DNA of 64,000 bases, from NCBI GenBank assembly GCA_963705505.1, contig CAVPJU010000005.1, positions 1 through 64,000 of the forward strand, given 5' to 3'. The DNA comes from an uncultured bacterium (GTDB taxonomy: Bacteria > Desulfobacterota_D > UBA1144 > Nemesobacterales > UBA2774). The position numbers and the translations under genes were made by a program. The notes under the pieces are model-generated. The model was not told where the DNA came from. It did not search any database and was given only the letters and a program-made list of their open reading frames with translations. This document shows, piece after piece, positions 21,901-31,597 of the stretch. Each line of letters starts with the position of its first letter. Position 1 is the first letter of the stretch.

Positions 21901-22760
21901 ATTTCTTCTTTGTCTTGATACAAAGAAGCAAAAATCACACACATAGTGTGGTCTTTCGAAAAGATGGATAAGAGAGAAGGCAAAAGTATTTTCTTCTTTT
22001 CCTTGATGACTCGTCAGGGCGGAGCCTGCCGTAGCCTGGAAAGAAGCAAAAATCACACACGTAGTGTGGTCTTTCGAAAGACAGCACATAATTGGCTGAA
22101 AATATCTGATTCTGGATTGGGATGTTCTCACAGATGAAAATCCTAATGAGCAAAGGTCTAATACACAACAAAATATATTCAATGAGAAATTAAAAGAGCA
22201 GACAAATAAATATATCAAAGACAGTTTCTTCTCGATTTTGAATGATGCAATCAATCCCATTTGTAAGGCGGTGATTGATCAAAAGTGTGGTCATACTATT
22301 AACATAATACATCCTAAGGCATTTGGTGATGAGCACTTGAGACCAGAAATAAAACTCGAAATCGGAGCACGGGCTTCAATGATGCCTTCCGCTGAATTTA
22401 CTGTCAAACGTTATGCAGCTGAAGCTTTTCCTAGCGTGTTCGAGCAATTGGAAGTAAATGTTAATGCAATTAAAGCAGAGAGATCATTTTGGGAAAAGGT
22501 TACAATACTGCACGTTGAAGCTCATAGACCTAAAGATAAGGACGTCCGGATCGTTATTCGAGACATTATTATGATGTTTATAAGATGCTAGGGACTCAAG
22601 CAGCAACTAATGCTTTATTGACATCTACCACTGGCGTCCAGTTGTTACGCTTGCTCAGAACCGTTGCTTACAATCGTTACTTGCTCGGAATCGTCCCCTA
22701 AAACATTTTTCATGCGTTAACAAGCGATTTTCTTAACGCCAATTCTGTGAATGTCGGGGG
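21901..22760 (+). repeat. Composite element, copy 7, with its interior replaced by a foreign gene fragment
   Basis: Left arm to ~22115; 3' part of a triple cassette and the right arm from ~22611. Confidence 0.85.
22106..22620 (+). pseudogene. Internal fragment of an AbiEii/AbiGii-type nucleotidyltransferase toxin
   Basis: LILDW..RSNTQ, LRPEIKLEIGAR, ERSFWEKVTILH, then after a frameshift at ~22547 RYSRHYYDVY; no native start or stop; AT-rich. Confidence 0.8.
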
Positions 22761-22815
22761 AAACAGGAAGCGGATTCGAGTTCTTGAATCAACTTCAGGA
22801 CAGGCTGGGACGGGG

Positions 22816-23586
22816 TCAGGAGAGTGAAGCGGTTTTGCGGCGGATTACGAATAGCCCGGTTGCGGCGAGTATGATTGCCATTACCGCTATGCCCCATTGC
22901 GAGAGCGCCGGGACCCGCTGAATGTTCGCGTTCGTGAAATACACCTTCTCGACGGCGTTGAAGCTAAGCTGCGTAATGAGGTCTGCGTCTATGAAGGTTA
23001 TCCTTTCGATAAGCGAATCGGAGGTGATCCCGACAAACGTGTCGAAGAGGCTGTCAACCGGCACTGTGGTCTCGCCGAGCAGAACATTGCCCGCTCCGAA
23101 GACCTGCACAAGCATGGTCTGTCCGGTGCACGGCAGTCCGAAGCCCTGATCGAAGAGGCACCCCAGCTCGAGACCCACCGCATTTACATTATTTCCGGGA
23201 AACGTGATCACGCTCTTCTGGAGGGAGCCGTCGGGTAAGAGGACTTTCTCGGGATTCAGGTTCGAGAAAAGGAACGGCCCGGAAAGGATGGTATCCCCGA
23301 AGTCGGGGTCGGTGCTGAACGCTATGCCGGGCAGTATGTCGCCGGGCGAGAAACAATCGTCGTTTGAATTGCTGTCCACCGGAGTTGCACATCCTTTGAT
23401 CTCTCCCGTGGCCACGTTGCCGCTTGCGAATGTCTGCAGAAGGAGTCCGGGGTTGTCCTGGATGAACTGTCCGCGGTTCGACGTGAATGTGACCTCGGCC
23501 TGAGATGTATCGGCGCTTATATAAAGCGCGACGGCCGATGAGGCCAGCAGCGTTATAAAGAAGATCGCACCACGTATATCCAGCAT
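22816..23586 (-). CDS. IPTL-CTERM sorting-domain surface protein
   Basis: Signal peptide; C-terminal VPALSQWG + TM + RRK. Confidence 0.85.
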   Translation of the reverse strand: MLDIRGAIFFITLLASSAVALYISADTSQAEVTFTSNRGQFIQDNPGLLLQTFASGNVATGEIKGCATPVDSNSNDDCFSPGDILPGIAFSTDPDFGDTILSGPFLFSNLNPEKVLLPDGSLQKSVITFPGNNVNAVGLELGCLFDQGFGLPCTGQTMLVQVFGAGNVLLGETTVPVDSLFDTFVGITSDSLIERITFIDADLITQLSFNAVEKVYFTNANIQRVPALSQWGIAVMAIILAATGLFVIRRKTASLS

Positions 23587-23675
23587 TCCACTCCTCCTCT
23601 AAGATCTTACAATGCCACGATTATACCGAATATGAGGCGTTAATTCAATCCTGCCGGAGCCGGTTACGAGCTGGA

Positions 23676-23909
23676 TCACTGCTTGATTTCGACGGGGAGG
23701 GAGTTGTAAACGGAGCTGCCGTTTACTTCCTCTATGTTGACGTCGAGTACCTTATTTATGCTGCTGCCGTCGATCTGTTTGAGGTTCACGTCGATGATCC
23801 CGGTCGATGCGTCTACGTCCTTCGCTTGAAAAAACGGGTTAAGGAATATGCCCCAGAGCGCGAGCGCAATGAGGGTCAGGATTATTTTCGTGTAGGTGTC
23901 TATTTTCAT
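23676..23909 (-). CDS. Small membrane-anchored hypothetical protein
   Basis: RBS AGGAGG; DTYTKIILTLIALAL TM segment. Confidence 0.7.
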   Translation of the reverse strand: MKIDTYTKIILTLIALALWGIFLNPFFQAKDVDASTGIIDVNLKQIDGSSINKVLDVNIEEVNGSSVYNSLPVEIKQ

Positions 23910-23994
23910 GTGATGCCTCCTGTGAATATTTTAACCCGGATCGGGGTGGGTTTGTTGCCGCCTGATGGTGGGAGGATTTAAAAATGGGAAAAGA

Positions 23995-24425
23995 AAGGCA
24001 AATATATTTCTCTTCTTTTCCTTGATGAAAAGAAGCAAAAATCACAGACTGCACAGAATTGTGCTGAAAATATCTTAATTAACGCTAAAATGTTTTAATT
24101 CCTCCCCAATTAGTATTAAGGCTTAGCGAAGCAAGACTCATGACATAATTGCATTTAGCGAATGGCGTCCGATTTGTTTTGTTTTCTGCCGCTGCTGAAC
24201 CAAACATTTGCATTGATGCACTCAGCGTAGGGCGTCCGGTTGTTCGGTTTTTGATTTTTTTACTTGGTGCCCAATACATTTGCTTTATTGAAATCTACCA
24301 CTGGCGTCCAGTTCTTACGCTTGCTCAGAACTGTTGCTCACAACCGTTGCTTGCTCGGAATCGTCCCCTAAAACATTTTTACGCCTTAATAATCTATTTT
24401 CTTCACGCAAATTCTGTGAATGTCC
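23995..24425 (+). repeat. Composite element, copy 8, triple-nested cassettes (24107-24365)
   Basis: Three GGCGTCC left arms closed in reverse order by AGAACT, ACAACC, GGAATC. Confidence 0.9.
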
Positions 24426-24648
24426 TCAAAAAGATGGAGGCTGGGATAGTTGTTCGAAATTGTATGTCCGCGGGTGCTCACCCGCCGCCAATTCTGTGTA
24501 TGTCGGGGAAACAAAATATTTTCGAGTATAACGCGTTCCTGCGCCCTGCGATCCTTCGACAAGCTGAGGACAGGAATATAGCGGATAAATGTAAAGAAGA
24601 ATTTATTCCGGGTTGAAAATGGGGGCGGAAACAAGAATACTTGCTCAG

Positions 24649-25392
24649 ATGAGGACTTTAGTCGTAGGGGACATTCACGGGAACCTGAGAGCGTTGAGGC
24701 AGGCGTTCGAGCGCTCGGGGTTCGACCCCAAGGCGGACAGGCTCATATCGCTCGGCGACGTATTCGACGGCCACCCGTATTCCGCGGAGTGCGTCGAGGA
24801 GCTGATGAAGGTGAAGGACCTCGTCTGGTGCCTCGGGAACCACGACGCGCTTGCGCTCTCGTGGCTCCGGGGGGAATGGAAGGGTAAAAAGACGCTCGGC
24901 GAGTGGAAGTACGAGGAGCTTGTCATGATCATGTTTTCGTACGGCGGGGGGGAGAAAGAGGCCGACCGTGTGCGGATGAAGAGGCACGCTGAATTCGCGG
25001 GGCGTAAGTGTGTCCGTTACCACATCGATGAAGCGGACAGGTTCTATGTCCACGCGGGCATAGACTGGGATTATCCTGTCGGCGAGCAGCCCGACCCCGG
25101 CGTTTATTACTACGACAGGAGGACGTACGCGCTGTTCGCGCCGCTTTACGAGATAGGCGGGATGAAGTTCCCCTACAGGGACGTGTTCGTCGGGCACACG
25201 AAGACCATACGCGAGTACCCGGACGGAAAGCCGGTGAGGAAGGCGAACCTCTGGAACCTCGACACGGGCGCGGGGACGTACGGGAAGCTCACGATAATGG
25301 ATGCGGATACCTATGAATACTGGCAGAGCGATTGGGGGGAGGGGACGGAAGATGACTATAATTTTATGCTGAGAAAGAAAAATCTGTCGTGA
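24649..25392 (+). CDS. Metallophosphoesterase (Ser/Thr phosphatase-like)
   Basis: GDIHG, GDVFDG, GNHD, VHAG, VGHT, LDTG. Confidence 0.9.
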   Translation: MRTLVVGDIHGNLRALRQAFERSGFDPKADRLISLGDVFDGHPYSAECVEELMKVKDLVWCLGNHDALALSWLRGEWKGKKTLGEWKYEELVMIMFSYGGGEKEADRVRMKRHAEFAGRKCVRYHIDEADRFYVHAGIDWDYPVGEQPDPGVYYYDRRTYALFAPLYEIGGMKFPYRDVFVGHTKTIREYPDGKPVRKANLWNLDTGAGTYGKLTIMDADTYEYWQSDWGEGTEDDYNFMLRKKNLS

Positions 25393-25484
25393 TGTTTATT
25401 TTGTAATGACGGAATAAAAAGACAAAGACGAGATTTCCACACTTCGTTTCAATTCGCTTACTACGACAAAGAAAAGGCAAATAT

Positions 25485-25688
25485 AATTTCTTCTTTGTCT
25501 TGATACAAAGAAGCAAAAATCACACACAAAGCGTGGTCTTTCGAAAAGATGGATAAGAGAGAAGGCAAAAGTATTTCTCTTCTTTTACTTGTCAGGGCGG
25601 AGCCTCGACTGAAAGAAGCAAAAATCACACACGTAGTGTGTTTCATGAAAAGACAGCACAGAATTCGCTAAAAATATCTTATTCCGGC
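25485..25688 (+). repeat. Composite element, copy 9, truncated in its left arm
   Basis: Ends at AAAATATCTTATTCCGGC and joins coding sequence. Confidence 0.85.
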
Positions 25689-25952
25689 CCGACCGACGAT
25701 AACGGCGCGCCCTCGCTGGGGGACCTCGCGAGGGGAGTGGATTTCATAGGCGAGATAGACGGCGGAGGCAGGGTGTTTATACATTGCTGGGAAGGGATAG
25801 GGAGGAGCGCCACAACGGCTGCCGCCTATTTCGTGAGCAGGGGGAGCACGCCTGTAGAGGCATGGAAGAGGATTAAAAAAATCAGACCTTTCATCCGCCC
25901 GACGAAAACGCAGGTCGAGCGGCTAAACGAATATTCTGAAATACACCTGTGA
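25689..25952 (+). pseudogene. 5'-truncated dual-specificity protein phosphatase
   Basis: VFIHCWEGIGRS (HCxxGxxRS), IKKIRPFIRP; N-terminus replaced by repeat DNA. Confidence 0.8.
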
Positions 25953-26052
25953 GAATGTCACCCGGGCCCGTTCGGGGACGTTTAAATCCAAGCTGTTTTT
26001 GTCTTTGGAAAAATAAAGGGGCATGTAGGAACACGCCCCTTTTGTTGAATGC

Positions 26053-26310
26053 TTATTTCTTTTTAGCGGCTGCTTTCTTCTTAGGAGCAGCTTTCTTCGC
26101 GGCTGCTTTCTTCTTAGGAGCAGCCTTTTTCGGTGCCGCTTTCTTAGCCGTCGGCTTTTTCTTCGGCGCCGCTTTCTTCTTTGGAGCCGCTTTCTTAGCC
26201 GTCGCCATAAAAGCTACCGAGTGACGAGCCATCTTCGACTTTGAAGCCTTCTTCGCCGGCTTCTTCGCCGTTTTCTTTGCTGCCTTCTTAGCTGGTTTCT
26301 TTGTTGCCAT
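26053..26310 (-). CDS. Lys/Ala-rich histone H1-like protein
   Basis: PAKKAA/AAPKKK repeats, RBS AGGAG, terminator-like hairpin ~26015-26044. Confidence 0.85.
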   Translation of the reverse strand: MATKKPAKKAAKKTAKKPAKKASKSKMARHSVAFMATAKKAAPKKKAAPKKKPTAKKAAPKKAAPKKKAAAKKAAPKKKAAAKKK

Positions 26311-26329
26311 TTACTGATCTCCTGTTTTA

Positions 26330-26515
26330 AGTGGATTTTTACAGATAAAAGATAATAGACTGACTACTAACACGGTTGTCTCTCAGCAGGCTTGTTATAT
26401 CGGGCCGACTATAACTTCTGCTGGTACAAATTGCCCGTCATGCAACGACAACCTTATTGCACTTGTATGACGGGGGTCTATTTTCTCATCTATTCAATCC
26501 TCCCTTTCAGTGAAA
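26330..26515 (-). ncRNA. Candidate structured 5' leader or sRNA with a pseudoknot
   Basis: Closing stem AATAGAC/GTCTATT, two hairpins, loop GGTTGTC complementary to downstream GACAACC. Confidence 0.45.
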
Positions 26516-26523
26516 TTACTGAC

Positions 26524-26552
26524 ATAATACAATACTAGCAGATATTTGTCAA
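26524..26552 (-). promoter_or_regulatory. Sigma70 promoter
   Basis: TTGACA-17 nt-TATTAT on the minus strand. Confidence 0.75.
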
Positions 26553-26652
26553 ATGTTTTTACCTGTTAATTTATCTGTCAGCTCTGCTTGATTTCCTTTG
26601 ACAGAATGTTTATATTTATCGGAGCACTTTTTTAAACCGGAGAACCGGTGTT

Positions 26653-27438
26653 ATGACCGAGAAAAATCCCGAACCAAAATATAAAGCGCCGTCCGAAGGA
26701 ATAGCCGGCGGGAAGAGCAAAAAGCGCAGCCCTAATTTTCCATGCATAGATCTTGAAAAGGCGCTGGAGCTGACAGAGAAGATTTACTCCATCGACAAGA
26801 GGGCGCCCATACCGGTCAATCTCCTCATAGCCAGGTGGGGGCTGCCGAAATATAATAGTTATGTCAGGCAGCTCATTGCGGCCCTTACCTACTACGGATT
26901 ATTAGAGTCCATGGGGAAGGGGGAGAGCAGGAGGGTGGGCGTTTCGGACAGGGGGTACAGGATACTGGAGAAGGCCCCCGATAAGGCAAAGCTTCTGAGA
27001 TCGGCCGCGCTCGAGCCGAAGCTCTTCAATGAGGTATGGCAGCATTACAAAACGAGGGGGCTTCCGAACAACGACGTGCTCGAGAGGGACCTAGTCTGGC
27101 AGAACAGCTTCGCCAACACGAGATTCACGAAAAACGGGGCTAGGACGTTTATCAACAACCTGAAATCTACCGTCAATTTCGCTAAAATTTTACCGGACAA
27201 TATCATGTACGGTGAAGATACGGGGTCGGAAGTCATAGACGTGATGATCCACGAGCAGAGCGGGACGGCCGCGACCGGGTCGTTCAGGCGGCTCGACCTT
27301 ACCCTCGGGAGCGGGGAGGTGGCTACGATCCAGATCCCCACATCCATAACCATGAAGGAGATAAGGTACCTTCAGGACGGCATAAATCTTATAAAAGGGG
27401 ACCTCTTCCCCGAAACCAAGGACGACGGAAGCAAGTAA
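26653..27438 (+). CDS. Hypothetical protein
   Basis: 261-aa ORF with RSPNFPCIDLEKAL; no confident family assignment. Confidence 0.7.
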   Translation: MTEKNPEPKYKAPSEGIAGGKSKKRSPNFPCIDLEKALELTEKIYSIDKRAPIPVNLLIARWGLPKYNSYVRQLIAALTYYGLLESMGKGESRRVGVSDRGYRILEKAPDKAKLLRSAALEPKLFNEVWQHYKTRGLPNNDVLERDLVWQNSFANTRFTKNGARTFINNLKSTVNFAKILPDNIMYGEDTGSEVIDVMIHEQSGTAATGSFRRLDLTLGSGEVATIQIPTSITMKEIRYLQDGINLIKGDLFPETKDDGSK

Positions 27439-27845
27439 AAACGGGCTTCCCGCGCCTTTTTGCCCCGATAACGGGCTCCTCGGTAAAATACCTGTAAAAG
27501 CTAAGAGAGCAGAATCTGACAGAAACATCCCTTTCTGACGGACAGGGGCGGCATTAAAAATTCAATGACAAGGATATGTGAGAGTTGAGCCTCAAAGTTA
27601 AAGTAGGACGGGCCGGATTGCGCCTTTTTACAGGGGCTTCAGACAGGTGAGCCCGCCGGGACAGGGGCGGAAGCCGGATTTGGCGGGGGATTGACCGGGG
27701 TAGGGTGACCCCCCATCCTGGCCTCCCCCTACCAGGGGGAAGGAAAAAGCATCATTCCTCGACAGGCGCAGGGCAAACGAGTTTTAAAGATGAGATTGCC
27801 GCGCTGCTTTGCTACATAATAAAGACAAAGAAAAGGCAAAGATAT

Positions 27846-28363
27846 TTATCTTCTTTGTCTTGATACAAAGAAAATCAGACACAAAGCTGGTCTTTCGAAA
27901 AGACGGATAAGAGAGAAGGCAAAGATTTCTCTTCTTTTCCTGATGAAGCAAAAATCACACACGTAGTGTGTTTCATGAAAAGACAGCACAGAATTTGCTA
28001 AAAATATATTATTAAGGCTAAAATCTTTCAATTCCGCCCTAATTAGCATCGTGGTTTACAGTGAAGCAAGACTCATGACATTGTTGCATTTGGGCAAGGG
28101 CGTCCGATTCGTTTTGTTTTCTGCCGCTGCTGAACCAAACATTTGCATTGATGCACTCAGCGTAGGGCGTCCGGTTGTTCGGTTTTTGATTTTTTTACTT
28201 GGTGCCCAATACATTTGCTTTATTGAAATCTACCACTGGCGTCCAGTTCTTACGCTTGCTCAGAACTGTTGCTCACAACCGTTCCTACTCGGAATCGTCC
28301 CATGAAAGATTTTCACGCCTTAACAATCTATTTTCTTAACGCCAATTCTGTGAATGTCGGGGA
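27846..28363 (+). repeat. Composite element, copy 10, triple-nested cassettes (~28040-28300)
   Basis: Same inner cassettes as copy 8 with a variant outer cassette. Confidence 0.9.
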
Positions 28364-28517
28364 AGAGAAAAAACGAGATCCTGAAACGAGCCTGTCCTGA
28401 ACTTGATTCAGGGTTCTGGATGACGTCCTTCGACAAGCTCAGGACGAACGGGTTGACTTCGAATGATGGTTTTGGAGAAGGAGTATAGAAGGAATCATAG
28501 AACACACTATGTGTGCG

Positions 28518-29462
28518 TCAAAGGGGGATGCCGAGGTTGATGAGGGCGTCGCCTTTGCGGACGGCGGGCGCTGACCTGACGCAGAGCACGTAGCCGCTTC
28601 TCCTCGCCTTTAAACTCACCTCTTCCCCGCCTTCGTTTCCGGATATGCTCGCAAGGAGGTCGCCTTTCCTCACCCGGGAGCCGCAGCCGATGTGAAGCGA
28701 GTAATCGCCTCCGCATTTAGCCCTGACCCAGATTGCCCTGCCTATCACCTTCGTTTCGTTCCTTTCGGGAGCGCCCGTCCTCGTCATTCCCATGTAATCC
28801 ATGAGCCTGAGTATTCCGTTCACGCACTCGGAGACAGCGAATTCAGAAAGGCGGCGGGACTCTCCCCCTTCGTAAACCAGCACGTTCTTGCCAGTGAGCC
28901 ACGCGGCTTTTCTGAACGTGCCTTCCATGAGCGGGGAGTTCAGTATGAAAGGCGGGGAGAACGCGCGCGCGAGCTCCATGTTCTCGGGTACGGAGGTATC
29001 GCACCGGATGTGGGGGTAGTTCAGACTCGCGCCCCCGGAGTGGAGGTCGATGCCGCAGTCGGCGGCCGGAAGTATGTTCTGCATGATCGTCCGCGCCATT
29101 TTCACGGCTAGCGATCCCGAGGCCGAGCCGGGGAAACCCCTGTTGAGGTCTCTGCCGTCGGGCAGAAAGCGCGAGGAGTTGAGAAAGCCCCAGACGTTCG
29201 CAATCGGAAGGGCGATTACAGTGCCCGCGTCGGGCGCGATCGAGCCGTCGGAGATCATGCGCCTTAACGCTTCCACTCCGTTGAGCTCGTCCCCGTGGAC
29301 GCCGGCGGTTATGAGCAGCACGGGGCCCGCTTCTTCACCCCTGAAAACGAAGACCGGCAGGCTGACCGCTCCGGCCCTCCTGTGGGTCGCGATCTCTATT
29401 CCCAGGAACTCCCTCCCGCCCCGCGGGATGAGCTTTCCGTTTATTTTTATATCGCTGCGCAT
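28518..29462 (-). CDS. Succinylglutamate desuccinylase/aspartoacylase (M14) family protein
   Basis: AGVHGDELNG, RDLNRGFPG, IDLHSG; directly follows rimK. Confidence 0.9.
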   Translation of the reverse strand: MRSDIKINGKLIPRGGREFLGIEIATHRRAGAVSLPVFVFRGEEAGPVLLITAGVHGDELNGVEALRRMISDGSIAPDAGTVIALPIANVWGFLNSSRFLPDGRDLNRGFPGSASGSLAVKMARTIMQNILPAADCGIDLHSGGASLNYPHIRCDTSVPENMELARAFSPPFILNSPLMEGTFRKAAWLTGKNVLVYEGGESRRLSEFAVSECVNGILRLMDYMGMTRTGAPERNETKVIGRAIWVRAKCGGDYSLHIGCGSRVRKGDLLASISGNEGGEEVSLKARRSGYVLCVRSAPAVRKGDALINLGIPL

Positions 29463-30371
29463 CTATACCTTTATCCGGTCCCTTCTCAGACTGCGGACGT
29501 GGGCGTTATCCTCTATGAATTTAATAATCCTGGACGCTACGTCAACGCCCGTCGCGGTCTCTATGCCTTCGAGGCCCGGAGACGAGTTGACCTCGAGCAC
29601 CATCGGGCCTTTCTCAGATTGTAACATGTCCACTCCGGCGACGTTGAGCCCCAGCAGGTTAGCGGCGTTCACGGCGGTCTGCCACTCCTGCTTCGTGAGC
29701 TTTATCATCTTGGCGCTCCCGCCCCTGTGGAGGTTCGAGCGGAACTCGCCTTCCGAGCCCTGACGCCTCATCGCGCCTATGACCTTTCCGCCTACGACGA
29801 ACGCCCTCACGTCCGAGCCTTTGGATTCCTTAATGAATTCCTGAATCAGCATGTTCGCCTTCACGCCGTAAAACGCCTCCATGACGGATTTCGCCGCCTT
29901 CTTCGTCTCGGCTAGCACGACCCCTATGCCCTGCGTGCCGTGGAGGAGCTTTATGACGACGGGCGCTCCGCCGACGAGCTCGATAAGGTGGTTGATGTCC
30001 GTCGGGTCGGATGCGAACGCCGTGACGGGCATGCCTATCCCGGCGCGCGAGAGTATCTGCATGCTGCGGAGCTTGTCGCGGGACCTCGCTATGGCCTGCG
30101 ACTCGTTCACCGAGAAGACGTGCATCATCTCGAACTGCCGGACTACTGCCGTGCCGTAGAACGTGCGCGATGCGCCGATGCGGGGGATGACGGCGTCGAC
30201 GCCCTTTATTTTTTTACCGTAGTGGTATATCTCGGGGTTGCCCCTTTTAATTACCATGTAGCACTTGAGGAAATCCACTACCTCGACCTCGTGTCCCATC
30301 TTCTCCGCAGCCTCGACGAGACGGCGCGTGGAGTAAAGCTTCTTGTTTCTCGAAAGCACGACTATTTTCAT
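29463..30371 (-). CDS. rimK: RimK-family ATP-grasp glutamate ligase
   Basis: [50 protein letters not shown]. Confidence 0.93.
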   Translation of the reverse strand: MKIVVLSRNKKLYSTRRLVEAAEKMGHEVEVVDFLKCYMVIKRGNPEIYHYGKKIKGVDAVIPRIGASRTFYGTAVVRQFEMMHVFSVNESQAIARSRDKLRSMQILSRAGIGMPVTAFASDPTDINHLIELVGGAPVVIKLLHGTQGIGVVLAETKKAAKSVMEAFYGVKANMLIQEFIKESKGSDVRAFVVGGKVIGAMRRQGSEGEFRSNLHRGGSAKMIKLTKQEWQTAVNAANLLGLNVAGVDMLQSEKGPMVLEVNSSPGLEGIETATGVDVASRIIKFIEDNAHVRSLRRDRIKV

Positions 30372-30589
30372 AAAAACACTCCTGTGTGTTTTGTACAACG
30401 ATACGGTTTCTTGAACACCTGTCGATCCGGCAGAGCGCCGGATGATATCTGCGGATGATTGCCTGTCGGGGACTTCTCTCGCAATTAGTATGACATAAAA
30501 AAGGGGAAGCGGAAACGGGAATTTTTTTGCGGCAGTGGGATGCAGGATGCCATTGCTTCACGTTGCTCGCAATGATAAAGAAAAGGCGA

Positions 30590-30968
30590 AGATGATTTCT
30601 TCTTTTCCTTGATGACAACGACAGGGCAGGATCCACACGTAGCCTGTGTATTCAAGAAGCAAAAATCATCCGACTGCACAGAATTGGCTAAAAATATACT
30701 ATCTTAAGGCTAAAATCTTTCAATTCCACCCTAATTAGCATCGTGGTTTACAGTGAAGCAAGACTCATGACATTGTTGCATTTGGGCAAGGGCGTCCGAT
30801 TCGTTTTGTTTTCTGCCGCTGCTGAACCAAACATTTGCATTGATGCACTCAGCGTAGGGCGTCCGGTTGTTCACTTGCTCACAACCGTTACTTACTCGGA
30901 ATCGTCCCCTAAAAGATTTTTACGTCTCGATAATCTGTTTTCTTAACGCCAATTCTGTGATGTCGGGG
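30590..30968 (+). repeat. Composite element, copy 11, double-nested cassettes (30732-30906)
   Basis: Inner cassette 30802-30889 keeps an intact hairpin GGTTGT-TCACTTGCTC-ACAACC. Confidence 0.9.
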
Positions 30969-31234
30969 AAAAGAAAGACTTTTTGGTTGATATGGATATT
31001 AATGTAAACCCCCACCTTATCCCTCCCCCTTGGAAATGGGGAGGGAATCAAAATGGAAGAATGAGAATGAAAGAGAAAAGATGAGATTGCCGCGCGCGGA
31101 GTTTATCCTGAGTTTATCGAAGGGCTCGCAATAACAGTAACGGATAGGACCCCGATGAAGTCGTTCAGTCTCTGTAAATGGTAAAAATTGTCATTTGAAA
31201 ATTTTTGTTGTAACCCTAATGTTATATGCTATAG

Positions 31235-31252
31235 TAAGTAAGCACTTACTTA
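31235..31252. promoter_or_regulatory. Palindromic candidate operator upstream of the PKS cluster
   Basis: TAAGTAAG-CA-CTTACTTA. Confidence 0.35.
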
Positions 31253-31597
31253 TGAATGAGGATCTCACATTTGGTTTTACCGCAGTTCCGATGAGGTCAT
31301 TACCTCCGAAAAACCTTTGCCCCGGCAGTATTTCCTCAATAATCACAGTTATTATCACCGCATTCCTGGCGAAGTCTCATTCACGGCTTTGCTCTTACGA
31401 TCATTGCGCGGCTCTCGTTTAAACAAGCCCTAAAAATTATCCCTAGACAAATTAAGCATCTTACTTTATATTGTTATCAATTCTTAAGTAGGGAGCTTAA
31501 ATTGAGACAGCCCGATACCACACAGTCAACAGTCTTCGAAAGCGAAATCCCGTATCTCAACCATAAAATCACGAGTAATAACCCGAGGGACATCTCT

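Noticed and set aside
22238..22591. Functional AbiE defence system
   Set aside because: Only an internal frameshifted toxin fragment is present, with no antitoxin.
24107..24365. CRISPR array (GGCGTCC recurring with variable sequence between)
   Set aside because: The conserved part is only ~7 nt, the units are nested rather than tandem, interiors recur at other loci, and no cas genes are present.
24149..24616. ORFs through the repeats (MHLANGVRF.., MIFASFHQGKEE.., MLLFIKEKKK..)
   Set aside because: No RBS; frames are broken by indels between copies; variation follows base pairing rather than codons.
25949..26224. Hydrophobic 91-aa ORF (FFLAAAFFLGAAFF)
   Set aside because: Antisense shadow of the Lys/Ala-rich gene.
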